Source of the DNA: a virus
Lineage: Duplodnaviria > Caudoviricetes
DNA length: 55,390 nt
Direction: 5' to 3' (one strand)
IMG/VR virus record: IMGVR_UViG_3300036790_000109
Span: 1 to 55,390 of that record
The notes beneath the pieces are model-generated. The model saw nothing but the letters and a program-made list of their open reading frames with translations, made no database searches and was not told the origin of the DNA. The translations under genes were made by a program, and so were the position numbers. This document shows, one piece after another, positions 15,584 to 23,887 of the stretch (position 1 is its first letter; each line of letters starts with the position of its first letter).

Positions 15584-17236
15584 GTGACGCTCCTGTCCGT
15601 ACTGCCCTCGGGTCTTGAGGACGTTCAGATGCTGATGAAGCGTCGGAACGCCGCAGCCCAGAAGAAAGAGCTCTGGCGCTCGATATACAGGGACGCGTAC
15701 CTGTACTCGATGCCCGCGCGCGAGACGTTCACCTGGCATACGGAAGGGCAGTATCGGAACAACCGCCTATTCGACTCGACGTTGCAGGAAGCGACGTACA
15801 CGGCGGCCAACACGCTTTGCGCGCTCCTCTTCCCGTCGTGGGTCGAGTGGGCGCAGCTCTCCCCCGGCGGGGCGCTAACACCAGACGTACTTGACAGCAA
15901 CCCGAATATTCTGCGCGGGTTGCAGAAGGCCACGAAGGCGTTCTTCAACTACCTGAACGCTTCGAACTTCAACACGGTAATCAGCGAGGCGGCACTCGAC
16001 TTGCAAGTCGGCACGTGCGCGCTGTCGTTCAACGAGGGTGATCAAGAAGACCCGTTCGTATTCCAGTCGATCCATACCTCGGCGCTGGAACTCGAGGAAG
16101 GCCCAAACGGGACGATCGAGACGACGTTCGTAAAGCGCAAACCCGAGGCACGCAATCTCCTTCGCATGTATCCGGGGCTTGAGCTGTTCGATCTGCCGGC
16201 GCAGACGCAGGAGATGATCAAGAAGCAGCCAGAGCAGAAGCTCGAGATCATCCAGGGCGAGATTTACGACCCGGAGACGAAGAAGTATTACGGCGTCGTG
16301 ATTGATGAATGCGGCCCGACGATCATCTGGCGGTACGACTTCGGAAAGAGCAACCCGACAATTGTCGCGCGAGCGTCGAAGACAGCCGGGGAAACATACG
16401 GGCGCGGCCGCGTGCTTCTCGCGCTGGCCGACGCCCGTACGCTCGATCGCATGCAAGAGTTCGTGCTGACGCAGGCGGCGCTCGCGATCGCCCCGCCGAT
16501 GACCGGCGTGAGTGACGGCGTGTTGAACCCGTACACGGCGAGCCTTACGCCGAACACGATCATCCCGGTAGCGAGCAACTCAGATGGGTCGCCGTCGCTG
16601 AAGCCGATTGAGCTCGGCCAAAATTTCAACGTCACGGAGCAGATGCTGAAGGATCTGCGCGAGCGCGTGCGCCGCACGATGCTCGGGCCGGAGCCCTCAG
16701 AAGGCCCCGTTAAGAGCGCGACCGAGATCAGTGTCGCCGACCGCAACCGCCTCTGGGCCATGAACGGCGAGTACACCCGCATCCAGGCAGAACTCCTCGC
16801 GAAGATCATCGCGCGCGGCGTCTACATCCTTCAGAAGAAGGGCTTGATGGCGAAATTCAAGCTCGACGGCAAGTCCGTGAGCGTGAAGTACACCTCACCC
16901 TTCGCGACGACGCAGAACGCAGACGACTTGATGAATCTGCAGAAGACGGTGCAGTCGCTGCTCCAACTCGGTCCGCAAGCGGGCGCCGCCGCGGTATCGA
17001 CGGGCCTGAACGTCAACGACATGCCGGCGTATGTCGCGCGGCTCAACGGCGTACCCGAAAGCCTGATCATGACCGAGGACCAGAAGCAGGCCCTCGGCAA
17101 GCAGGTGGCGCAAGCCGCGCAGGTGCAGCAGCAGGCGCAGACGCAGCAAGCCGGTGCGCAGGCGCAGGCCGAGTCGCAAGGCGCCGCGCCGCCACCCGAG
17201 CAACAGGGTGGGCCGCCGCCGGTGCCCGCGCAGTAG
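15584..17236 (+). CDS. Portal (head-tail connector, T7 gp8-like)
   Basis: LFDST, GETYGRG, SATEI, VKYTSP motifs; size and position. Confidence 0.92.
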   Translation: MTLLSVLPSGLEDVQMLMKRRNAAAQKKELWRSIYRDAYLYSMPARETFTWHTEGQYRNNRLFDSTLQEATYTAANTLCALLFPSWVEWAQLSPGGALTPDVLDSNPNILRGLQKATKAFFNYLNASNFNTVISEAALDLQVGTCALSFNEGDQEDPFVFQSIHTSALELEEGPNGTIETTFVKRKPEARNLLRMYPGLELFDLPAQTQEMIKKQPEQKLEIIQGEIYDPETKKYYGVVIDECGPTIIWRYDFGKSNPTIVARASKTAGETYGRGRVLLALADARTLDRMQEFVLTQAALAIAPPMTGVSDGVLNPYTASLTPNTIIPVASNSDGSPSLKPIELGQNFNVTEQMLKDLRERVRRTMLGPEPSEGPVKSATEISVADRNRLWAMNGEYTRIQAELLAKIIARGVYILQKKGLMAKFKLDGKSVSVKYTSPFATTQNADDLMNLQKTVQSLLQLGPQAGAAAVSTGLNVNDMPAYVARLNGVPESLIMTEDQKQALGKQVAQAAQVQQQAQTQQAGAQAQAESQGAAPPPEQQGGPPPVPAQ

Positions 17237-17248
17237 CAGGAGAAGACC

Positions 17249-17554
17249 GTGGGGGAGAGTGAAGCTGACTGGCTGTTTCCGAAGAAAGAGGAGCAGCGCG
17301 CGAAGGTAGAAGAGAGCGGACTTCTGTTCGCACAGAGGTACCTCGTGTTTTTTGGGCCGACAGCGGACCCACGCGCGCGGGAGTTGCTCGAGCACTGGAC
17401 CGCGCAGGCGCGCAACGCCCGCATCCCGCGCACCGCGACGTTGGGCGAGTACGCCGCAGCGAATGCATTCAGGGAATTTGTTGAGGGTCTGCACCAGCAG
17501 ATCGCCTTTGCCATGCACGGCGCGAATCAACCGAAATCGAGGACAGCAACGTGA
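17249..17554 (+). CDS. Small protein between portal and scaffold (Bbp19-like)
   Basis: Y..FF...ARELLEHW...AFREFV pattern and synteny. Confidence 0.65.
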   Translation: MGESEADWLFPKKEEQRAKVEESGLLFAQRYLVFFGPTADPRARELLEHWTAQARNARIPRTATLGEYAAANAFREFVEGLHQQIAFAMHGANQPKSRTAT

Positions 17555-18576
17555 CCACACCTGCAGCCGCTCCAGCGGCACCTGCAGCGGCACCAGCAGC
17601 CCCCGCGACGGCACCCGCCGCGCCAGCAGCTCCTGCAGCCGCCCCAGCCGCTCCCGCGGCGCCCGCAGCCCCTCCGGCTGCCCCCGCGGCCCCTGCGCCC
17701 GCTCCGGCGGCTACACCGCCCCCGGTTGACCCCGGTGATTCGCTACTGCCTCCCGGAGACGCTCCGGCGCCCGCCGCGGAGCCGACCGCGGCCGAGAAGC
17801 TCGAGGCGGCCCGCGCGCTCATCAAGGCCGCGGAGACCGCTGCCGACCCGAACAACGGCAAGTCCTGGCTCCTGAAGGACGGAGTAATGGGCGAGGGCGA
17901 GAAGCCCACCTGGTTTAAAAGCGAGAAATACCGGACGGTTGCGGCGCAGGCCGAGGCGTACACCGCGCTCGAGTCCCGCTTCGGTTCCTTCACCGGCGCG
18001 CCGAAGAACGAGAAGGGCGAGGCCGCCTATACGTTCACGCCGCCCGAGGGCGTCGAAGTAAGCATGGACCACCCGGTCATGCAGGAGTTCACGAAGTGGG
18101 CCGCCGGGAAGCAGCTGAGTCAGGAAGGATACAGCGAGCTCCTCGGGATGCTCGTGCAGTACGAGGCTGCGCAGGCCCCGAACATGACCGCGATCAAGGA
18201 GCGCCTCGGCGAGAACGCTGACACGCGCATCGCGAACGTGGTGACGTGGAGCAAAGCCAACCTCGGCCCGGATGGCTACGCGAATCTGCGGGCGGCCACC
18301 TCCGGCGCGAACGCGGACGCCGTGTTCAAAGTCGTCGAGCAGATGATGGGGAAGACCGGCCAGGTGCGGCTGCCGCCCCCCGGCCAGGACATTCCGGGCG
18401 TGCAACCCGGCTCAGGGCTTGATGCGATCAAGGCGGACCACGCGGCGAAAGACGCCAACGGGAAGCTGAAGGTCGACACCGTGCCCGGCTACCGCGCGCA
18501 GATCGAGAAGCGCTACGCCGAGTATTTCCAGAACGCTGGCTACTCCGATCGCGCGTACCAGACAGCAGGCAGATAA
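17551..18576 (+). CDS. Capsid scaffolding protein
   Basis: Ala/Pro-rich N-terminus, KPTWFKSEKY..V..QAEAY..LE.RFG, position before the capsid gene. Confidence 0.8.
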   Translation: MTTPAAAPAAPAAAPAAPATAPAAPAAPAAAPAAPAAPAAPPAAPAAPAPAPAATPPPVDPGDSLLPPGDAPAPAAEPTAAEKLEAARALIKAAETAADPNNGKSWLLKDGVMGEGEKPTWFKSEKYRTVAAQAEAYTALESRFGSFTGAPKNEKGEAAYTFTPPEGVEVSMDHPVMQEFTKWAAGKQLSQEGYSELLGMLVQYEAAQAPNMTAIKERLGENADTRIANVVTWSKANLGPDGYANLRAATSGANADAVFKVVEQMMGKTGQVRLPPPGQDIPGVQPGSGLDAIKADHAAKDANGKLKVDTVPGYRAQIEKRYAEYFQNAGYSDRAYQTAGR

Positions 18577-18581
18577 GCGAA

Positions 18582-18760
18582 GTGATTCGCACTGGGCTCT
18601 CACGGGAGAGCTCAGACAGAATCGCATGTTGCCGCGGGGACCTTCGAAAGAAGCCTGCACCAGCAACCGCCGTGTGCGCTACGAGACAGCGTGAGGTGAG
18701 AGCGGGCCGGGAAACCGGGACCCCAATTGATCCAGTTGGCCGTGGAAGTCGGCTATGCCT
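18582..18760 (+). ncRNA. Structured 5' leader of the major capsid gene
   Basis: Stems 18582-18625 and 18628-18667, GAAA tetraloops at 18646 and 18711, hairpin 18723-18739. Confidence 0.5.
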
Positions 18761-18791
18761 CTCCCTTTCAACCCCTTTTGAGGAATCTCAA

Positions 18792-19667
18792 ATGTCAATC
18801 AATTTGGGTGGCGTTTATACGTCAACCACGAACGCCGCTATCGCGTCGTTCGACACCGATGTGAAGCTGGCTTACCAGGGCGAAGGCGTCCTGCGTAACA
18901 CCGTGCGTGTGAAGACCGGCATCGTCGGCCAACAGTTCGCGTTCCGTAAGATCGGCGCGTCGGTTGCCTACCAGCAGACCGCTTCGGCCGAGGAAATCAC
19001 CCCGAACGACACGAGCCACACGAAGATTTTCGCGACCCTGACGAACTGGCGCGTTGGTGACTACACCGACCTGTTCGACCAGGCCGAGACGAACATCGAC
19101 GAGCGCTCGTTCCTCGCGAAGGACAATGCGAAGGCGATCGGTCGTGCCGAGGACCAGCTTGTCATCAACGCGCTGGCGGCCGTTTCCGGTCCCGCTGGCA
19201 CCGTGGCGTCCGGTTACGCCGGCACGAACACCGGCTTGACCGCGGATAAGATCCGTCACGCCAAGCGGTACCTCGTGCAGCAGCAGGCGTCTGGCGGCGA
19301 TCACTACATGGTGATCAACGCAATCGCTCTCGAGACGGCCCTCGCCGAGATCGAAGTGACGAGCGCGGACTACCAGTCGATGCGCATCCTCACGGATGCC
19401 GACGCGAACAACAAGAAGATGTTCGGGTTCACCTTCAAGGTGCTTGAAAATCGCGTTGAGGGCGGCCTCCCGGCTGGTTCCTCGAACGTGACCGAGTGCT
19501 TCGCGTACGACAAGGCGGCCATGGGGCTTGCCACGGCGATCGAGCCGACTTCGCGCGTGGACTTCATCCCGCAGAACAACGCGTGGCTCTCCCAGAGCAT
19601 CTACATGGGCGGCTCCGTGGTCATCGACCCGCTGGGCGTCGTGATCGTGAACGTCTACGGCACCTAA
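18792..19667 (+). CDS. Major capsid protein
   Basis: GAGG SD; FDTDVKLAYQ..G.LRNTV, AIGRAEDQ.VI, G.VVIDP.GVV; strong codon bias. Confidence 0.88.
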   Translation: MSINLGGVYTSTTNAAIASFDTDVKLAYQGEGVLRNTVRVKTGIVGQQFAFRKIGASVAYQQTASAEEITPNDTSHTKIFATLTNWRVGDYTDLFDQAETNIDERSFLAKDNAKAIGRAEDQLVINALAAVSGPAGTVASGYAGTNTGLTADKIRHAKRYLVQQQASGGDHYMVINAIALETALAEIEVTSADYQSMRILTDADANNKKMFGFTFKVLENRVEGGLPAGSSNVTECFAYDKAAMGLATAIEPTSRVDFIPQNNAWLSQSIYMGGSVVIDPLGVVIVNVYGT

Positions 19668-19706
19668 TCGGTAGCCGTTCACCAACTCCATTCAGAGGAA
19701 ACGCAC

Positions 19707-20018
19707 ATGGCTTTCTCAAGCTACAACACGCAGTTCACCCGCCTCGGGCCGGTGAACGACAACTGCCCGACGATTTGGGTGTACAAGGCGACCGAGACTT
19801 CTCTCGACACTGTCGCGGCGAGCGGCTACTTCAACGCCGTCGCCAACAAGCTCAAGGTCGGCGACCTGGTCTACTTCACCACGGCGGCTTCCCCGTGGCT
19901 GGCTGGCCTCGCCGTCGTCAAGAGCAACACCCGCAACATCACGGCGGTTCCCCCGGTGTCCGGTGTGGTTGACTTGTTCAACTTCACGGCCATCAATTCG
20001 AGCATCAACAGCGGCTAA
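19707..20018 (+). CDS. Capsid decoration/cement protein
   Basis: TVAASGYFN...LKVGDLV motif directly after the capsid gene. Confidence 0.65.
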   Translation: MAFSSYNTQFTRLGPVNDNCPTIWVYKATETSLDTVAASGYFNAVANKLKVGDLVYFTTAASPWLAGLAVVKSNTRNITAVPPVSGVVDLFNFTAINSSINSG

Positions 20019-20026
20019 TTCCGCGC

Positions 20027-20056
20027 GGGGCGGTGGCTTTCGCCGCCCCTTCTTTT
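20027..20056 (+). terminator. Rho-independent terminator
   Basis: GGGGCGGTG / CGCCGCCCC stem followed by TTCTTTT. Confidence 0.8.
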
Positions 20057-20069
20057 CGGAGGTTTTAGC

Positions 20070-20309
20070 ATGTCTGGAGTCGTAGTCCCTAGTTCAGATA
20101 CCGCCAACTACCCGCTGTATGCGCAGATCGTGCAAATGCAGACGTTGGTGACGGCAAACAAGAACCCCGTGCAGTCGGCGGCGTACCGCCAACAACTTCC
20201 CGCGCTGCAGCACCAGCTCGTTGCCAACCTTTTGGCGAGCAATAAGCTGCCGCCCGCAACCATTTTGAGCACCTGCACGTACGGGCAGGCGGACTCGAGC
20301 ACGTATTAA
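20070..20309 (+). CDS. Hypothetical protein, paralogous to 38711-39232
   Basis: AQI..MQTLVTAN.NP...ATILST pattern shared; GGAGG SD. Confidence 0.7.
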   Translation: MSGVVVPSSDTANYPLYAQIVQMQTLVTANKNPVQSAAYRQQLPALQHQLVANLLASNKLPPATILSTCTYGQADSSTY

Positions 20310-20312
20310 GCG

Positions 20313-20612
20313 ATGTCTTCCTACACTCAATGGGTGCCATTTCAGATGGCGTGCCGCCTGCGCTGTTTGCAGCAAGGCACGTTGAATGTAGGCAACACGC
20401 AGCAGAACCGCCTCAATCTGCTGTCCTTGGCTCTCACAGAGGCCAACACAGGCCCGTCGTTCGGTCGGGCGATGAACGGTAACTGGGCAACGTGGGTTGA
20501 AGGTTTCGGCCCAGGCGTCAGTACCAACGGGGCCGCTACCGGCTACACGGGCGCGGGACTGCTCGTCATTCCGGCGCTCGTTCCAGGATTCGTCAAACCA
20601 ATCGCCTCATGA
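20313..20612 (+). CDS. Hypothetical protein
   Basis: 99-aa ORF in the operon. Confidence 0.65.
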   Translation: MSSYTQWVPFQMACRLRCLQQGTLNVGNTQQNRLNLLSLALTEANTGPSFGRAMNGNWATWVEGFGPGVSTNGAATGYTGAGLLVIPALVPGFVKPIAS

Positions 20613-21229
20613 GCACGATGCTCGTGGTGGGCAGCGCGCCGTGTCTGTACGAGGACGTGAAACGCGCGCTGGCAATTCGGCCGTTTGCAGCTCTGATGCT
20701 GGTCAACGGCGCGTGCACGGCAATAGAGACCGCCGAGCACGTCCTGGCCGGTCACGAAGAGAAGGCGGAATTCTTCGCGAGAGAGCGCCGCGAGCGCTTT
20801 CCGAATGCTCCGCCCTGGCGTCTTCACGCGACGACGCACCCGCACCGCCAGAAGACGGCACGCGAGCTCTTCCCGAGCGTCACGGACTGGCATCCGCATG
20901 AAGTCGGTGTTGGGGCTACCTCGGCGAGCAAGGCCGCAAAGCTCGCGTTCCTCCTCGGGGCAACTGAGGTGATCTTGTGTGGTTGCCCGCTCGATCAACC
21001 GGGCTACTTCCCGGGCGAGGCGAACGTGCCTCAACACGTCATGTGCCACCGCATCGGTGATCACGGGATGGCGTACGGCGAATCCGTACCGGTGCAGGAA
21101 ACGCGAATCATCAAGGGCTATCGCGAGAAATTCAAGATTCTCGCGGAGACCGAATTCAAAGGGCGGGTTTGGTCAATGTCGGGCTTTACCCGCATCTGTT
21201 TGGGGGCTCCGCCTGATGCCATATGCTGA
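20609..21229 (+). CDS. Rossmann-like transferase (GT29/MptE-like fold)
   Basis: LVVGSAP, LVN, GATSA..A..LA..LG..EVILCGCPLD. Confidence 0.6.
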   Translation: MSTMLVVGSAPCLYEDVKRALAIRPFAALMLVNGACTAIETAEHVLAGHEEKAEFFARERRERFPNAPPWRLHATTHPHRQKTARELFPSVTDWHPHEVGVGATSASKAAKLAFLLGATEVILCGCPLDQPGYFPGEANVPQHVMCHRIGDHGMAYGESVPVQETRIIKGYREKFKILAETEFKGRVWSMSGFTRICLGAPPDAIC

Positions 21230-21533
21230 TCCAGTAAAAGCCCGGGAAGCCCAGCAGCGATGGCGGCGAAACAACAAAGCGAAGAACAGAGAAAATAACT
21301 TGCTTAGTTGGCGACGCAGAATGGGTATTCCATTGCCCACGCGTACGGCGCCGGCGAAATGCGAAATTTGCGATGGGCTGCCTAAAAATGGCCGGCCACT
21401 TGTGCTTGATCACGACCACCTTTTCGGGACTTTTCGCGGTTGGTTGTGCCATAGCTGTAATTTAGCGATCGGGCTTCTTCATGACAGTCCTGACCGCGCG
21501 GACAAACTAGCCGCGTATTTGCGGCGTCCTTAA
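21216..21533 (+). CDS. Endonuclease VII-type HNH endonuclease
   Basis: CEIC...LDHDHLFGTFRGWLCHSCNLAIG. Confidence 0.85.
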   Translation: MPYADPVKAREAQQRWRRNNKAKNRENNLLSWRRRMGIPLPTRTAPAKCEICDGLPKNGRPLVLDHDHLFGTFRGWLCHSCNLAIGLLHDSPDRADKLAAYLRRP

Positions 21534-21546
21534 GAGGCTTGATGAC

Positions 21547-21849
21547 ATGTCCACATGGGTTAATTTGAATCGGGCGGCGAAATTCCCCGAGGTTGAAAAA
21601 GTGTACAAGCGCGCGGGGCGCGGCCAGGGCTCGACGCAGTCTGCTGGCGCTACAACGCCCGCGTCAGCGCGTTACGGGTTTCTGACGTACGTCAAGCGGC
21701 TCGTGAGTGAGACCGCCTCGATTCCGTCGTGGGTGCGCTTCATGCCCGCCGGGTCGAACGATTGGCAGAACTGCCAAGTCGACGTGACCAGCATCCCGGG
21801 CGTCCGAGCGCTTCGCACCAACGGGAAGTGGGTCAACTTCGTAGCTTGA
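21547..21849 (+). CDS. Hypothetical protein
   Basis: 100-aa ORF in the operon. Confidence 0.65.
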   Translation: MSTWVNLNRAAKFPEVEKVYKRAGRGQGSTQSAGATTPASARYGFLTYVKRLVSETASIPSWVRFMPAGSNDWQNCQVDVTSIPGVRALRTNGKWVNFVA

Positions 21850-21869
21850 TCTGATCCGAGGAGAAGCGG

Positions 21870-22508
21870 ATGACACGAGTAGCTGAAGGACTCGGCCGGA
21901 AATGGCTGTGGCCTGATGAGGATCGGGAATGTATCAAGGTCATATTCGACTGGATGTCGGATCTTGATCGCACGGTGAAGCTCTGCAAGCAGCGTCGCAC
22001 CGCTATTCAAGCGGGCGGCAACATGGGCGTGTGGCCGTGGCGCCTGGCGCAAATGTTCGATCACGTCGTGACCGCCGAGCCGGATCGCGAGTGCTTCAAC
22101 CTGCTGTACGACAACCTCGACGGCACGCCGAACGTCGACATGTATCCGGCGGCCTTATTCGATGCCGAGACGCATTGCCGGATGGAATTCGAGGCGCAAA
22201 ACCGCGGCGCGCAATACATCGCGGTTGATCGGCGCGGCAATGGCGCTATCCCCTGCATCACGATCGACAGTTGGGGCATCACGGACTGTGACCTGATCTA
22301 TCTCGATATCGAGGGCGCGGAGCTCAAAGCCATTCAGGGTGCCGTTGAGACGATCCGCCGCTCGAAGCCTGTGATCGCGTTTGAAGACAAGAACCTGTCG
22401 ACGCGTTTCGGCACGAGCAAGTACGACGCCGAGAAATGGATTGCCAACGAGCTCGGCTACAAGGTAGTGGCTCGCTATCACAACGACGTGGTGATGACAT
22501 GCACGTAG
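21870..22508 (+). CDS. FkbM family SAM-dependent methyltransferase
   Basis: QAGGNMG, TAEPD, IYLDIEGAELKAIQGA..TI....PVI. Confidence 0.88.
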   Translation: MTRVAEGLGRKWLWPDEDRECIKVIFDWMSDLDRTVKLCKQRRTAIQAGGNMGVWPWRLAQMFDHVVTAEPDRECFNLLYDNLDGTPNVDMYPAALFDAETHCRMEFEAQNRGAQYIAVDRRGNGAIPCITIDSWGITDCDLIYLDIEGAELKAIQGAVETIRRSKPVIAFEDKNLSTRFGTSKYDAEKWIANELGYKVVARYHNDVVMTCT

Positions 22509-23128
22509 TCACAGTGCTCAAGTCCGGCGGCGACTTCAAACCGTCGCACGTCCAGGCCCTGAAGCGCCAGCTCGAGAAGCACGCCCCAAGTGCAACTTTC
22601 TCGTGTTTCACCGACATGAAAGTTGAGGGCGTCGAGTGCCGTCCGCTTAAACGCAAGTGGCCTGGCTGGTGGTCGAAGATGGAACTCTTCGACCCGGAAG
22701 TGCGCGGCGACATCCTCTACATGGATCTCGACACCGTGCTCGTCGGGCCGCTCGACGATCTGACGCGCGTCAACTCGCTCGCGATGCTGCGCAACTTCTA
22801 CCGCGACGGCAAGAAGCTCAAGGAAGGATTGCAGAGCAGCGTCATGTTCCTGCCTGAGCGCCACCGCACCGTCGCGTGGGATCTGTTCATCCAGCACCCG
22901 GCTTGGCACATGTCGCTCTACCGCGCGGGCGGCGATCAGCGGCTGCTCGAGTCGCTCTGGCTCAATACCGCCGCGCGCCTTCAAGATCTTCTCCCCGGCC
23001 AGTTCGTGTCGTGGAAAGTCAACTGCGCCAAGGGCGTGCCGCCAGAGGCGCGCGTAATCGTGTTTCACGGCAAGCCCCGGCCTTGGGACGTTGGACAGTT
23101 CCTCCACCTATATCGCGCGACGGCATGA
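22499..23128 (+). CDS. Glycosyltransferase (GT-A, GT8-like)
   Basis: WPGWWSKMELF, YMDLD (DxD), GDQ, VFHGKPRP. Confidence 0.85.
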   Translation: MHVVTVLKSGGDFKPSHVQALKRQLEKHAPSATFSCFTDMKVEGVECRPLKRKWPGWWSKMELFDPEVRGDILYMDLDTVLVGPLDDLTRVNSLAMLRNFYRDGKKLKEGLQSSVMFLPERHRTVAWDLFIQHPAWHMSLYRAGGDQRLLESLWLNTAARLQDLLPGQFVSWKVNCAKGVPPEARVIVFHGKPRPWDVGQFLHLYRATA

Positions 23129-23276
23129 GCACTCCGGAGCAACAAAGAGCGCGACGCCAACGCGAGCCGGATAAGGTTCGAACTCGCGACCGCGCATGGG
23201 CGCGTTGAAAGAAGATCCCGTGCGCATGCGTGCACTGGAGACGTACATCAACCAATTCAATTGGCTAAACACATGA
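23125..23276 (+). pseudogene. Internally deleted EndoVII-type endonuclease remnant
   Basis: Arg-rich N-terminus (stop 23208) and, in another frame, MGALKEDPVRMRALETYI matching EndoVII C-termini; catalytic core absent. Confidence 0.55.
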
Positions 23277-23887
23277 CAGCATCTGCAGCCATCGTAACGC
23301 AAACGCAACTATCGTGGATATCCGCGGCGTTAGTGTTATGTGGAGAGAAGCCGCTCAACAGCCTGACGGACAACCGGTACGGCGCGGCGGTCGCGGCGGC
23401 ATTGTTCGACATGTCGTACGAGGAAGAATTGCAGAGCAATCGCTGGCGTTTCGCGTCCAAGAAGGCGCAGCTAGCGCAGCTCAACGCAACACCACCCAAT
23501 GAGTGGATGTACGCGTTTCAACTTCCTACCGACATGCTCCTGCCGATTGGCATCTGGGGCGTCGGGACTGATCGCTCGTATGATATATACGGGGACGTTA
23601 TTTACACTAATATAACATCCAATCCAGGCCCGATTAACGCCACCGCGCCTGTGCTGACTTTTGATTATTTGTTTAAGCCAGCGCCGTCATCGGTGCCTTC
23701 GTATTTCAGTTTGCTGATGACGTTCAAACTCGCGCGCGACATGATCAGCCCGATCACAGAATCCGACACCGGCGTGCAAGTCATGACCGCGAAATACAAC
23801 GCACAGCGCGCCCGCGCGCAGTTCGCCGACGCTCAGGGGCGCCCGAATCGGCCGCTGCAGAACAACCCCCTCGTGCAGGTGCGCTAA
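23273..23887 (+). CDS. Tail tubular protein A (adaptor)
   Basis: SAALVLCGE, WRFA.K...L, W.YAFQLPTD.L motifs; synteny. Confidence 0.85.
   Translation: MTASAAIVTQTQLSWISAALVLCGEKPLNSLTDNRYGAAVAAALFDMSYEEELQSNRWRFASKKAQLAQLNATPPNEWMYAFQLPTDMLLPIGIWGVGTDRSYDIYGDVIYTNITSNPGPINATAPVLTFDYLFKPAPSSVPSYFSLLMTFKLARDMISPITESDTGVQVMTAKYNAQRARAQFADAQGRPNRPLQNNPLVQVR

Noticed and set aside
17551-17720. GC-rich short repeats
   Set aside because: Encode the Ala/Pro low-complexity N-terminus of the scaffold protein, with synonymous variation.
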